From an uncultured Thermoleophilia bacterium (GTDB lineage: Bacteria; Actinomycetota; Thermoleophilia; UBA2241), in the NCBI GenBank assembly GCA_963832655.1, contig CAWHUW010000005.1, positions 257,156 to 321,155 on the forward strand: a DNA stretch of 64,000 nt. Reading direction: 5' to 3'. The stretch's first letter is position 1. Each line of letters starts with the position of its first letter. Shown piece after piece: positions 31,455-42,642 of the stretch. Below the pieces are notes generated by a model. The model worked only from the letters and a program-made list of their open reading frames with translations. It did no database searches and was not told the origin of the DNA. Made by a program: the position numbers and the translations under genes.

Positions 31455-31901
31455 TCACTCGGCGCTTGCGCGCTCCTCGTCGGCCTCGGGCTCCGCGACG
31501 GCCTCTTCGACCTCGACGGCCTCCTCGACCTCTTCGGCCACGATCTCCTCGGCGACCTCTTCGGCCACGATCTCCTCGGCGACCTCTTCGGCCACGATCT
31601 CCTCGGCGACCTCTTCGGCCACGATCTCCTCGGCGACCTCTTCGGCCACGATCTCCTCGGCGACCTCTTCGGCCGGGGCCTCCGCAGCCGGAGCGGCTGC
31701 GGCCGCCACCGGCCGCACGTTGGCGGCCTGGTCGCCCTTGCGGCCCTGGGTGACCTCGAACTCGACCACCTGGTCGGTCTCGAGCGACGTCACGCCCTCG
31801 GCGAGGCCGGTGACGTGCACGAAGATGTCGCTGTCGTTGTCCTGCGCGATGAACCCGTAGGCCTTCTCGGTCGAGAACCATTTGACTTTGCCTTGAGGCA
31901 C
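31455..31901 (-). CDS. Cold-shock-domain protein (CspA family) with an acidic C-terminal tandem-repeat tail.
   Basis: VPQGKVKWFSTEKAYGFIAQDNDSDIFVHVTGL (cold-shock domain), then (EEVAEEIVA)x5 and an EEAVEVEEAVAEPEADEE tail. Confidence 0.8.
   Translation of the reverse strand: MPQGKVKWFSTEKAYGFIAQDNDSDIFVHVTGLAEGVTSLETDQVVEFEVTQGRKGDQAANVRPVAAAAAPAAEAPAEEVAEEIVAEEVAEEIVAEEVAEEIVAEEVAEEIVAEEVAEEIVAEEVEEAVEVEEAVAEPEADEERASAE
31527..31674. repeat. Five and a half tandem copies of a perfect 27-bp repeat (gacctcttcggccacgatctcctcggc) inside the csp gene.
   Basis: Seen directly. It encodes the 9-aa acidic repeat and causes the shadow ORF 30779..31753 with PRRPLRPRS repeats. Confidence 0.9.
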
Positions 31902-32049
31902 TGCTTCCTCCCGGTGTTCTGTGAAGCGGGTCCTCGGCGGCGCTCGGGCCTACGGACTGCGCTCCCCTTGTGTTGTGCAGACTGTTATACCCGCGGTCCC
32001 GCAAGTACGCGACCCGCGCGCCGTGACGGCGCTCGCGCCACCGTCCGGC

Positions 32050-32650
32050 TCAGCAGCGCGTGACGGCGAAGATGGCGATGCGCGCCATGAAGTCCGGCGC
32101 GAGGGGCCGCGCCGGCGGAGGGGCATCGACCGAGCGCAGATACAGCTGGTTCTCGATGCAGAGCCCCTCCTCGCGACACAGCTTGCGAAAGTCCCGGATG
32201 GTGCACAGGTGGATGTTGGGCGTGTCCCACCACTGGTAGGGGATCTCTTTGGACACCGGCATGCGGCCGAGGAAGAAGAGCTGTGCCCTCACGCCCCAGT
32301 GGGCGAAGTTCGGGAAGCTGACGATCGCGAGCCGGCCGACGCGGACCATCTCGCGCACGATCATCCGCGGCCGCCGCAACTGCTGGAGACTGAGACTGAG
32401 GATCACGACGTCGTGGGAGCCGTCCTGGAAATCGGCGAGCCCCTCGTCGAGGTCGCCGTGGAAGACCGAGAGGCCCTTGGCGACGCAGGACTCGACCGCC
32501 GCCTGCGAGATCTCGACGCCGCTGCCGTGGACACCCTTCTCGCGCACCAGCTCGGCGAGCAGCTCGCCGTCGCCGCAGGCGAGGTCGAGCACCGTGGCGC
32601 CGTCGGGCACCAGATCCTCGATGAGCTTGTAGTCGATGCGGCGCACGATG
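32050..32650 (-). CDS. metW: Methionine biosynthesis protein MetW.
   Basis: [30 protein letters not shown] ... methyltransferase-like. Last gene of metYXW. Confidence 0.8.
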
Positions 32651-32669
32651 GGTATCCTACGCCGCCCGC

Positions 32670-33879
32670 TCAGGCGGGCGGCGCGAACGTGCGCGCGCCG
32701 CTGGTGAGAAAGGCACCGATGACGCCTTCCATCTTCTCGCGCTCGAGCAGGAAGGCGTCGTGGCCGTAGTGGCTCGCGACCTCGTAGTAGCTGACGTGCT
32801 TGTGGGTCGCGCGCAGGGCGCTGACGATCTCCTTGAGCTGATACGGCGGATGGAGCCAGTCGCTCGAGAACGCCAGCACGAGGAAGCGGGACTTCACGTC
32901 GCGGAAGGCGGAGACCAGGCTCCCGTGACGGCGCGAGAGGTCGAAGTAGTCGAGCGCCCGCGTGATGTAGAGGTACGTGTTGGCGTCGAAACGGTTCGTG
33001 AACGCGAGTCCCTGGTGACGCAGGTAGCTCTCGACCTCGAAGTCGGCGTCGAAGGTGAAGGTGTACTGCTGGATGTCCTGCAGACGGCGGCCGAACTTCT
33101 CCTGCATGGCCTCGTCCGAGAGATAGGTGATGTGGCCGACCATGCGGGCGACGGCGAGCCCCTTGGACGGCGGCTTGCCGCCGTAGTAATGGCCGCCGCG
33201 CCAGTTCGGGTCGGCCATGATCGCCTGGCGCCCGACCTCGTTGAAGGCGATCGCCTGAGTCGGCTGCCGGGCGGCGGTCGCCATGGCGACCGCCAGGTGC
33301 AGCCGGTCCGGGTGCGACACGGCGAGCTCGAGGACCTGCATGCCGCCCATCGAACCGCCCACGGCGGCGAGCAGCTTGCCGATGCCGAGGTGGTCCAGCA
33401 GCAGAAGGTGAGCGTCGACCATGTCGGCGATGGTGATCATCGGGAAGGCCGTGCCGAACGGCTTGCCGGTCGCGGGATCGATCGAGGACGGGCCCGTCGA
33501 GCCGCTGCAGCCGCCGAGCACGTTGGCGCGAGATCACGAAGTACCTCTCGGTGTCCAGTGCCTTGCCCGGCCCGATGAGAACGTCCCACCATCCGGCACG
33601 CTGGTCCCTCGCGGTATGCCGGCCGGCCGCGTGCGCGTCGCCGGACAACGCGTGAAAGACCATGATCGCGTTGTCGCGCGCCGCGCTCAACGTGCCATAC
33701 GTCTCGTAGGCGAGGGTGACCGGCCAGAGTCCGCCGCCGCCCTCGAGCGCGAGCGTCCGGCCCGGCTCGTCGAACGTGACGTGCTTCGTGCGCACGATGC
33801 CGGCCGAGCCGGCGTCGTCGCCAAGGCTGGCCGGCACGTCGCCGATCTCGATCTTCTGCGTCTGCTTCGCTTCGCTCAT
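32670..33879 (-). CDS. metX: Homoserine O-acetyltransferase. There is a frameshift near ~33515.
   Basis: N-terminus [14 protein letters not shown]...LAYETYGTL...[20 protein letters not shown] in ORF 32050..33954. The C-terminal alpha/beta-hydrolase body with GGSMGGMQ is in ORF 32670..33521. Confidence 0.8.
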
Positions 33880-34006
33880 GACAGCGAGAACCTTACCACC
33901 GGCCGTCGCGGCGTAGAGGGACCGCTGCGATGCACTGACGCCGCGGCGATGCACTCCGCGGTGATGCGCGGAGGCCGCGGCGCGCCGCGGCTTCCGTCAC
34001 GCGAAC

Positions 34007-35314
34007 TCAGGCTTTCGCCAGCGCCTGGTCGAGGTCGGCGATGATGTCCTCGATCGACTCGAGGCCGATCGAGAGCCTCACGAAGTCGTCCGTCACGCCG
34101 GTCTCGAGCTGCTCCTCGGCGGTGAGCTGCGAGTGGGTCGTCGTCGCCGGATGGATGCACAGCGACTTGGCGTCGCCGATGTTCGCGAGGTGCGAGAACA
34201 GCTTCGTGCTCTCGACGAACCGCCGGCCGGCCTCGCGCCCGCCCTTGACGCCGAAGCCCACGATCGCGCCGTACAGCCCGCGGTAGTGGTACCGGTTGGC
34301 GACCTCGCACGAGCGGTGCGAACACAGGCCGGGGTAGCTCGCCCAGGCCACCTTGTCGTGCCTCTCGAGGTGCTCGGCCACAGCGAGCGCGTTGGTGCTG
34401 TGCCGCTCCATGCGGAGCGGCAGGGTCTCGAGGCCCAGCAGGAAGAGGAAGGCGTTGAAAGGCGACAGCGCGGCGCCGATGTCGCGCAGCAGGCTCACGC
34501 GCAGCTTGACGATGTACGTGATCGGCCCGAGCGCATCGTAGAACTTGAGGCCGTGGTAGCTTTCGTCGGGCTCGGTGAGGCCGGGGAACTTGGCGTTCTG
34601 AGACCAGTCGAAGCGGCCTCCGTCGACGACCACGCCACCGATCGACGTGCCGTGCCCGCCGATGAACTTGGTCGCCGAGTGGACGACGACGTCGGCGCCG
34701 TGGTCGAGTGGTTTGATCAGGTACGGCGTCGCCATCGTGTTGTCGACGATCAGGGGGACCCCGGCCTCGTGGGCGATCTTCGCCACCGCCGCGATGTCGA
34801 GCGTGTCGAGCTTGGGGTTGCCGACGGTCTCCGCATACAGCGCCTTCGTGTTCGGCTTGATCGCCCGGCGGAAGTTCTCGGGGTCGATCGGGTCGACCAG
34901 GTCGATCGCGAGGCCGAAGCGCGGCAGCGTGTGCACGAAGAGGTTGTGGGTCCCCCCGTACAGGCTGTTGGCGCTCACCACGTGATCGCCGGCCCCGGCG
35001 ATGTTGAGGATCGAGAAGGTCACCGCCGACGAGCCCGAGCCGAAGGCAAGAGCCGCGACGCCGCCCTCCAGAGCGGCGACGCGCTTCTCGAAGACGTCGT
35101 TGGTCGGGTTCATGATGCGCGTGTAGATGTTGCCGGACTGCCGCAGGCCGAAGAGGTCGGCGGCGTGGTCGGCGTCATCGAACACGTACGATGTGGTCTG
35201 GTAGATCGGCACGGCGCGCGAGTTCGTCGCCGGGTCGGGCTCCTGGCCCGCGTGCAGGGCGAGGGTCTCGAACCCCTGCGACGAGGGCGCTTCGGTCTGG
35301 CTGTCGTCGGTCAT
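34007..35314 (-). CDS. metY: O-acetylhomoserine sulfhydrylase (PLP-dependent).
   Basis: 435 aa, [11 protein letters not shown] (PLP lysine region), intact. AGGAGAAG SD. Confidence 0.85.
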   Translation of the reverse strand: MTDDSQTEAPSSQGFETLALHAGQEPDPATNSRAVPIYQTTSYVFDDADHAADLFGLRQSGNIYTRIMNPTNDVFEKRVAALEGGVAALAFGSGSSAVTFSILNIAGAGDHVVSANSLYGGTHNLFVHTLPRFGLAIDLVDPIDPENFRRAIKPNTKALYAETVGNPKLDTLDIAAVAKIAHEAGVPLIVDNTMATPYLIKPLDHGADVVVHSATKFIGGHGTSIGGVVVDGGRFDWSQNAKFPGLTEPDESYHGLKFYDALGPITYIVKLRVSLLRDIGAALSPFNAFLFLLGLETLPLRMERHSTNALAVAEHLERHDKVAWASYPGLCSHRSCEVANRYHYRGLYGAIVGFGVKGGREAGRRFVESTKLFSHLANIGDAKSLCIHPATTTHSQLTAEEQLETGVTDDFVRLSIGLESIEDIIADLDQALAKA

Positions 35315-35392
35315 GGCTTCTCCTGTGAGCGTGACCTGCGAAGCATACCCACGGCGGCGGCGGCGCAAGCGGGGCGATGCTACGATGCCCGC

Positions 35393-36337
35393 GTGGACGA
35401 CGTGCGCGAGATCCTTGGGCGCGAGCTGCCCGGCCTCGAAGAGGCCGTGCCTCTCGCGCCGCTCTGCGCCTATCGCGTCGGCGGCCCCGCCGAGTTCCTC
35501 TACGCGGCCCGCGACACGAACGCGCTCGCCTACGCGGTGCGCCTCGCGCGCGAGCTCGAGGTGCCGCTCACAGTCCTCGGGCGCGCGACGAACGTGCTCG
35601 TCGGCGACGACGGCCTGCCAGGACTCGTCGTGCTCGCCCGCAACGAGCGGTACGCACTCGAGGGCGACGTGCTGCGCGTGGAGGCCGGCGCCGAGCTGCC
35701 CGGCCTGGTCGCCGACCTGGCCGGGCAGGGGCTCGCCGGCCTCGAGTTCGCCGGCAACATCCCGGGTTCGGTCGGCGGCGCCGTCGTCGGCAACGCCGGG
35801 GCCTACGGGCGCGCCGTCAGCGACGTCCTCGTCGAGGTCCAGCTCCTCGACGGCCGCTGTCGAGCGCGCCGCGGCGCCCGGCGAGCTCGCCTTCGCCTAC
35901 CGCACCAGCCTGCTCAAGTCGCGGCCCGACCTCATCGTCCTGGCCGCGACCTTCGCCCTGTCGCGCGGTCGAGTCCGCTGCGCTGCTCGCCGAGATCGCC
36001 CGCGACGCCGAGCTGCGGCGCAGCAAGCACCCGCTCGAGTACGCGTCCTGCGGCAGCTACTTCAAGAACCCGTCACGGGAGCTGCCGGCCGCACGCCTCA
36101 TCGAGGACGCGGGACTCAAGGGCCTCAGGGTCGGACGCGCCCAGGTGAGCGAGAAGCACGCCAACTTCCTCGTCGCCCTCGACGGCGCGGCGACGGCCGA
36201 CATCCTTGCCCTCGCCGCCGAGGTCAAGCGCCGCGTCCGCGAGCACAGCGGCCACGCGCCTCGAGGAAGAGGTCCGCCTGCTCGGCATCGTGCCATCCGG
36301 CCCCGACGGGCCCGCCGGGCTCCTCGCCAGGGCCTGA
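35393..36337 (+). CDS. murB: UDP-N-acetylenolpyruvoylglucosamine reductase. There are at least 3 frameshifts.
   Basis: FAD-binding N-terminus ([31 protein letters not shown]), middle (FAYRTSLLK) and C-terminus ([31 protein letters not shown]) recovered from three frames. Confidence 0.7.
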
Positions 36338-36465
36338 CCGCGCGTTGCCGCTCATCCGGCGGGAACGCGACGCGGCTATACTTCTGCCGTCGCGGCGAAC
36401 CCTCGCCGCGGGCCGGGCGTCCCTCTCCCTGGAGGAAGGAAATCGACGAGCTGCCGGTCGGTCTC

Positions 36466-36981
36466 GTGGACCGGATGCGCCGGGCGCAGCCCGAGGCGCG
36501 CGCGGAGTTCTTTCGCCGCTACGCGCCGCAGGTGCGCCGCATCCTCTTCCTCCAAGGACTCTGCGACGAGGTGGACGACGCCGTGCAAGAGGTGTTCATC
36601 AAGGTGTTCCGGGCGGACCTGCCCGGCGAGGAGCGCTTTCTCGCCTGGTTCTACCGCCTCATCCTCAACGCGGGGCGCGACCAGGGCCGGCGGCGCAAGA
36701 CGCGTCGCGGGCTGGCGGAGCGCCTCGAGGGACTGGCGCCCGCGGAGCGCGCGCAGGCCGAGCCGTCCGCTCTCGGTGATCCGGCGCTGCGACGGGCGCT
36801 GGATGGGCTCGCGCCCGACTTCCGCGAGGCGGTCGCGCTGCGCTTCTTCGCCGACCTGTCGCTGGAGAGCATCGCGGCCGCGCAGGACGTGCCGCTGGGC
36901 ACCGTGAAGTCACGCCTGCACGGAGCGCTCGCGCGCCTGCGGCAGGCACTCGCCGAGGCCGGCTACGAGCGCGAGAGATGA
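36466..36981 (+). CDS. ECF-type RNA polymerase sigma-70 factor.
   Basis: Region 2 (FFRRYAPQVRRILF, VQEVFIKVFR) and region 4 (FREAVALRFFADLSLESIAAAQDVPLGTVKSRLHGAL). The start codon is uncertain (GTG 36466 or ATG 36475). Confidence 0.7.
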   Translation: MDRMRRAQPEARAEFFRRYAPQVRRILFLQGLCDEVDDAVQEVFIKVFRADLPGEERFLAWFYRLILNAGRDQGRRRKTRRGLAERLEGLAPAERAQAEPSALGDPALRRALDGLAPDFREAVALRFFADLSLESIAAAQDVPLGTVKSRLHGALARLRQALAEAGYERER

Positions 36982-36988
36982 GAGGCGA

Positions 36989-37842
36989 GTGATGATGGGT
37001 GACCACGACGACATGACGCCGAAGGTCGAGACCTTCGACGACGACCGCCTGCTCGCGTACGCGCTAGGGCTCGAGGATGACCCGGGACTCGAGGCGGCGG
37101 CGAAGGCCGACGCTGGCGCTCCGCGCCCGCATCGCGGCGATGCGCGCCGACGTCGGCGCCGTCACCGCGGGGCTCGACCGCGTCGTGCCCGCGCCGCCCG
37201 ACGAGTACACAGAACTGAGCGGCGCGCGGTGGGGCGAGCTGCGCGAGCTCGTGGCGGCGCCGGCGCCGGCTGCGCCGCGCCGGCGTCCCGATGTGGCTGC
37301 GCGTCCTCGTCCCCGCCGCCGCGATCGCCCTCGTGCTCGTCGCGGGAGTCGTCGGCTTGCAGCGACTCGGCACCGTTGGAGGCAACGAAGCGGCGACGGT
37401 CGCTGATGACGAGAAGACCGTGGAGAGCTACGACCGGCAGAGCGGAGCGACCGAGAGCGGCGGCGCGGAAGTCGCCGGAGCCCCGTCCCTCGATGCGACG
37501 ATCCCCGACCCCGCCGCATACGAGACGGTCGTCGTCGCCCGCGCGGAGCTGCCCTTCGACGGCCGCCAGCGCTTCGAGGTCCTGCGCGTGCTGCGCGGCG
37601 AGGCCGGGACGCAGGTCTCCCTGACGATGATCGACCGCGCGCTCGCCCCCGACACGCTCGCCATCCTGTACCTGCGGCCGATCGGGGACGCCCACGACGC
37701 TCCGTCGGCGCCGAGTCCCGCCTCGACGGGGACTCCCCCCGGCGTCGCCGGCAAGGTCCTCGCGTACACCTTCAAGGGGGAGCCGGCGCTGGCGCGCCGG
37801 CTGCCGGCCGACACCGACCTCGAGACGATCACGCTGCCGTAG
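36989..37842 (+). CDS. Putative anti-sigma factor (N-terminal cytoplasmic domain, one TM helix, extracytoplasmic domain). There are 2 frameshifts.
   Basis: Its start overlaps the stop of the ECF sigma gene. The TM helix is MWLRVLVPAAAIALVLVAGVVGL. The pieces are spread over ORFs 36989.., 37077.. and 37291..37842. Confidence 0.45.
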
Positions 37843-38006
37843 GCCGGCCGCCCGTGCGGCCTCCTTACTGTCGGCGCAGACCGGCCCGTACCGCGCCCCC
37901 GGAGCGTCCTCCGGGGGCGCGGTTCGTCAGTCACCGGCACGCGGGTACACTTGCGGCGACGCGGCCGTCGCACGGCCGCCCACGACGGTCGATGCGGGAG
38001 GGCACC

Positions 38007-38775
38007 GTGGCTGGCCTGCTTGCCGGCAAGAACATCCTCGTGATGGGCGCCGCCAACCGGCGGTCGATCGCCTGGTCCGCGGCCGAGGCGATCCACCGCG
38101 AGGGCGGCGCCGTCGCGCTCACCTACCAGGCCGAGCGACTCAAGGGCCGCGTCGAGCGCCTCAGCCGCCGAGCTCGGCGGCGCGCCGCTGATCGAGTGCG
38201 ACGTGGCCAGCGACGCGGCAGTGCGCGCCGCCGTCGACGACCTCGCCGAACGCATGCCCGTGCTCCACGGCATCGTGCACAGCATCGCCTGGGCGCCCGC
38301 CGAGGACCTGCAAGGCGAGTTCGTCGACACGTCGCGCGACGGGTTCGCCGCCGCCAACGACATCAGCTCGTACTCGCTCATCGCCGTGGCGCGGGAGGCC
38401 CGACGACTCATGACCCAGGGCGGCGCGATCGTGACCATGACGTACGCCGGCTCGTGGCGCGTGATCCCGAACTACAACGTCATGGGCCCGGCCAAGGCGA
38501 GCCTCGAGAGCTCGGTGCGCTATCTGGCCGCGGATCTCGGGCCGGCCGGCGTCCGCGTGAACGCGGTCTCGGCCGGCCCCATCGCGACCGTCGCCGCGCG
38601 CACGATCAAGGACTTCAGCGGCATGCTCGACCTGCTCGAGAGCCACACGCCGCTGCGGCGTAACGTCACTGCCGGTGAGGTCGCCGACGCCACGGTGTTC
38701 CTGCTCAGCGACCTGTCGCGCGCGATCACCGGCGAGGTCGTGCACGTCGACGCCGGCGCGCACGCGGTGACGTGA
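38007..38775 (+). CDS. fabI: Enoyl-[acyl-carrier-protein] reductase (NADH). There is a frameshift near ~38165.
   Basis: VAGLLAGKNILVMGAANRRSIAW (GAAxxxSIA motif), YAGSWRVIPNYNVMGPAKASLE (Tyr-x6-Lys region), GGGAGGG SD. Confidence 0.8.
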
Positions 38776-39279
38776 ACGGACGGCGCGCGCCATGGACCTG
38801 CCGATGATTCCGGGCACGGTGCTCTTCACCGCCGCGCAGGTCACGATCAGCGACCTGGAGGTCGACGTCGCCTGCACCTGTCTCGGCCAGCGCGTGAAGT
38901 ACAGCTGAGCGGCGCCGGTCGGGCCATTCCGTCCTGTCCCCGCTGGCTTTACGCGACCCGCCCTTCCCCCGTAGACTTGTCCACTGTGGTGCTCCGCCAG
39001 GCGCGCCTTGCTGGAACGAGATGGAGTCAAGGCTCTCGTAGTGCTCCTCCGAACCCGAGCCCCGGTGGGAGGTGGTAACGTCGTGCGGCGCCGGACGAAC
39101 CCCGGCGTACGGACGCATGAGACACGCTGACCGAAGCCTCGCTCACCCCGCCGGCCGCTCCCCTGTGCGCGAGCGCCGCACGCTGACCGAGGCGATGCCT
39201 GTCAAGGCGTGGGAGGAACCCTGCTGCTCCGCGACCCATCCGAAGTCGCGCGGAGAGCCGACGATACGAGAGGAACGAG

Positions 39280-40807
39280 ATGGCAGAAGAACCGAAGAGA
39301 CTCAAGTACTTCATGAACGGCGAGTGGCATACGTCGAAGACCGACAAGTACATGCCGGTCGACGACTCGAGCACCGGAGAGGTGATCGCCGAGGCGCCGT
39401 GCTGCACCAAGGACGAGGTGGAAGAGGCCATCCAGAACGCGCAGTGGGCGTTCGAGACCTGGGGGCGTCTGCCGATCCAGAAGCGCACCCAGGTCATCTT
39501 CAACTGGAAGCGCCTGCTCGAGCAGCACGCCGAGGAGATCACCTACCTCTGCTCGCGCGAGCTCGGCAAGAACCTCGACGAGGCCCGCGGCGAGGTCATC
39601 AAGATCATCGAGGGCTGCGAGACCGCCGTCTCCGCCCCAATGGTCCTGAAGGGCGAGTCGCTCATGAACGTGTCCACCGGGCACGACACGGTGAGCTACC
39701 GCGAGCCGCTCGGCGTGTTCGCCGGCATCGCGCCCTTCAACTTCCCGGCGATGATCCCGTTCGGCTGGATGCTCCCGCTGTGCATCGTCAGCGGTAACAC
39801 GTTCGTCCTCAAGCTGGCCAGCATGGTGCCGACCACCGGCATGCGCCTGACCGAGCTTCTGCACGAGGCCGGGCTGCCGGCCGGCGTCGTCAACGTGCGT
39901 CACCTGCAGCCGCAACGAGGCAGAGCTGCTCATGACGCACCCGCTGGTCCGCGGCGTGAGCTTCGTCGGCTCGACCAAGGTCGGCCTGCACGTCTACTCG
40001 ATGGCCGCCGCCCACGGCAAGCGCGTCCAGGCCCAGACCGAGGCCAAGAACCACGGTCTCGTACTCGCCGACGCCTCGCTCGAGCGCGCCGCCGCCGGCA
40101 TCATCAACTCGACCTTCGGCTGCGCCGGCATGCGCTGTATGGCGCTGCCGGTCATCGTGGTCGAGAACAAGGTCGCCGACGAGTTCATCGGCTACATGGT
40201 CAAGTACGCCAAGGAGCGCGTCGTCGGCTGCTCCTACGACCCCAAGACCGAGCTCGGCCCGGTCGTGTCGGCCGACCATGCAGGCCTTCGTCAAGGGCTG
40301 GATCGACAAGGGCGTCGAAGAGGGCGCCGACCTGCTCCTCGACGGCCGCGACCTCGTCGTCCCGGGCTTCGAGGGCGGGCACTTCGTCGGCCCGACGATC
40401 TTCGACAACGTGACCGAGGACATGGAAGTCGGCCGCGAAGAGATCTTCGGCCCGGTGTGCTGCATCAAGCGCGTCGAGGACTTCGAAGAGGGCATCACCA
40501 TCATGAACGACAGCCGCTTCGCCAACGGCTCGTGCATCTTCACCGAGAGCGGCTACTACTCGCGCGAGTTCGCCCGCCGCACGCACGCCGGCATGGTCGG
40601 CATCAACGTCGGCATCCCGGTGCCGGTGAGCTTCTTCCCGTTCGCCGGTCACAAGCAGTCGTTCTTCGGCGAGAGCCACGTCTTCGGGCTCGACGGCTTC
40701 CGCTTCTACACCGAGTCCAAGTGCGTCACCTCGCGCTGGTTCACCGAGGCGGAGAAGAAGGAGACCAAGGTCGGCACCTGGGAAGGTACCGTCAACAAGC
40801 AGTGGTG
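39280..40807 (+). CDS. mmsA: CoA-acylating methylmalonate-semialdehyde dehydrogenase. There are 2 frameshifts.
   Basis: KYFMNGEWHTSKTDKYMPVDDSSTGEVIAEAP..., catalytic FGCAGMRCMA, and C-terminus ...FFGESHVFGLDGFRFYTESKCVTSRW. The pieces are in ORFs 39280.., 39932.. and 40278..40808. Confidence 0.8.
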
Positions 40808-40836
40808 AGAGCCGCGTAGCGCTCCCGGCACGTCTG

Positions 40837-40885
40837 GAGCGGGGGCGCTCACCTGCGAGCAGGTGAGCGCCCCCGCTCTTCTTGG
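40837..40885 (+). terminator. Intrinsic terminator after mmsA.
   Basis: Perfect 18-19-bp inverted repeat gagcgggggcgctcacctg-cgagc-aggtgagcgcccccgctc followed by ttctt. Confidence 0.7.
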
Positions 40886-40931
40886 GTAGGCTGCCGGTCG
40901 ACCTGCACCGCCGACGCACAAGGAGGCCCTG

Positions 40932-41381
40932 TTGGCCCGCGACTTCCCACCCATCACGGACCTCGGTTCCGCCCTCCGGTTCGCCCTCGAGGCCGAGCTG
41001 GCCGGCGCCGACTTCGCCGCCGCCGCCGAGGTGATCGCCCCGGACGAGGCCTGGCGCGAGAAGCTCGAGGAACTGACCTGCGCCCACGACGACCGCCTGC
41101 AGAAGCTGCGCAAGGCGAGCGGGCAGATCAGCGACGCGCCCGCGCCGGGCCTGCGTGACCTCGACGGCGCCGCGCTCGCGCGCGAGCTCGTCGCGGAGCC
41201 GGCGACGAGCTGGCCGCCGGCGGCCGAGCAGATGGCGGCCGTCGAAGACAGCATCGCCGCGTACCACGAGGCCCTCATCGCCAGCGCGGGGAGTGCCCTC
41301 GGTGACAGAGTCCGCCTGTTCGCCAAGTCGGCGGAGCAGGCGCGAGCCGCGAGTCGCGAGCTGCGCGCCATGCTCACCTGA
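40932..41381 (+). CDS. Hypothetical protein (149 aa, Ala/Leu-rich helical).
   Basis: ORF only; no recognisable motifs. Confidence 0.35.
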   Translation: MARDFPPITDLGSALRFALEAELAGADFAAAAEVIAPDEAWREKLEELTCAHDDRLQKLRKASGQISDAPAPGLRDLDGAALARELVAEPATSWPPAAEQMAAVEDSIAAYHEALIASAGSALGDRVRLFAKSAEQARAASRELRAMLT

Positions 41382-41465
41382 CCTCTCTGCACCTGCGAAG
41401 GTGAGCCGGCGCGCCGGCGCCCGCCGGCGACCGCGACGGCGCGCAAGAATGGCGCGGCGCCGCGC

Positions 41466-42638
41466 CTACCCGCGCGCGCGGCGGGGGAGTCTGGCGTACA
41501 CGTCGAGCAGCTTCGCCTGCTCGCGCTCCCAGTTGTAGCGGGCGAGCGCCGCGGCACGCCCGCGCTCGCCCTTCACGTGCGGCGGCTCCTCGTCGTCGAG
41601 CAGCCGCCGCACGGCGTCGGCGATGGCGGCGGGATCCTCCGGGTCGGCGATCAGCGTGCCGACCCGCTCGCGGCTCACCACCGACGCCATGTCGGGGAGA
41701 TCGCTCGCGACGACCGGGATGCCCGCCATCATGTCCTCGAACAGCTTGTTGGGCGCCGCGTACACGTAGCTCAGGCACGAGCCGACGATCGGCATGACGC
41801 CCGCGTCGCAGGCTGCCGTCATGCGCATCATCTGCTCGTGGGGCACGGCGTCGCGGATGCTGACCCGCCCCTCCAGCCCGAGATCGGCCACCTGCCGCCG
41901 CAGCGCGTCGCGCAGCTGGCCCATCCCCACGAGGACGAGAGCGCAGTCGTCCAGCCGCTGCATCGCCGTCACGAGCTCGGGTAGTCCGCGGTTCGGCAGC
42001 AACGCCCCCTGGTAGATGAGCAGCCAGCGCCGCCCGGCGAGCGTCTGCTCGCGAAAGGCCAGGTCGGGATCGAGCGTCTCGACGACGTCGGGTACGTTGA
42101 GCAGCACCACAGGGCGCGGGATGCCGTACTCGGCGGCCAGGACGTCCGCGCGTCCCTCGTCCGAGGTGATATGGGCGGCGGCGCGACGAAGGAAGAAGCC
42201 CTCGTAGGCCTTGGCGACCGGCTTCCACCATCGTGCGCCGGTCCAGGGCCAGTTGCGGTACAGATTGAGCTCGTCGGAGTCGGTGACGACGACCGCGCCG
42301 CGCAGCCAGGCCGCCAGCTGGCCGACCAGCATCGGATAGATGTCGCGCGGGTTGTAGACGTCGGCGTCCTCGCGCCAGGCGGCCCAGAACGTCTTGCCGA
42401 TCGCCTCGACGAAGCGCAGCGGCCGGGACCAGTCCGGCAGAGACCGCGAGGACAACGTGACGCGCTTCACGGTGTACCCTTCGCATTGCTCGACGGCGGG
42501 CGTCTCCTCGTCCCTGATGCCGACGACGACGACCTCCCAGCCGTTCGTGGCGAGCGTGCGGGCGCCGCGCTGGGCGCGACGCAGGTAGCGTGCCGGGCCG
42601 TAGACGACCAGGCAGACCTTTGGGCGCTCGCCCGGCAC
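41466..42638 (-). CDS. GT4-family glycosyltransferase.
   Basis: C-terminal GT-B fold with an EDMMAGIPVVASDLP motif (E-x7-E region). Confidence 0.7.
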   Translation of the reverse strand: MPGERPKVCLVVYGPARYLRRAQRGARTLATNGWEVVVVGIRDEETPAVEQCEGYTVKRVTLSSRSLPDWSRPLRFVEAIGKTFWAAWREDADVYNPRDIYPMLVGQLAAWLRGAVVVTDSDELNLYRNWPWTGARWWKPVAKAYEGFFLRRAAAHITSDEGRADVLAAEYGIPRPVVLLNVPDVVETLDPDLAFREQTLAGRRWLLIYQGALLPNRGLPELVTAMQRLDDCALVLVGMGQLRDALRRQVADLGLEGRVSIRDAVPHEQMMRMTAACDAGVMPIVGSCLSYVYAAPNKLFEDMMAGIPVVASDLPDMASVVSRERVGTLIADPEDPAAIADAVRRLLDDEEPPHVKGERGRAAALARYNWEREQAKLLDVYARLPRRARG

Positions 42639-42642
42639 GCCC

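Noticed and set aside
30779-31753. ORF (+) with repeated PRRPLRPRS units.
   Set aside because: It is a shadow of the 27-bp tandem repeat in the cold-shock gene on the opposite strand. There is no start context and it is antisense to two good genes.
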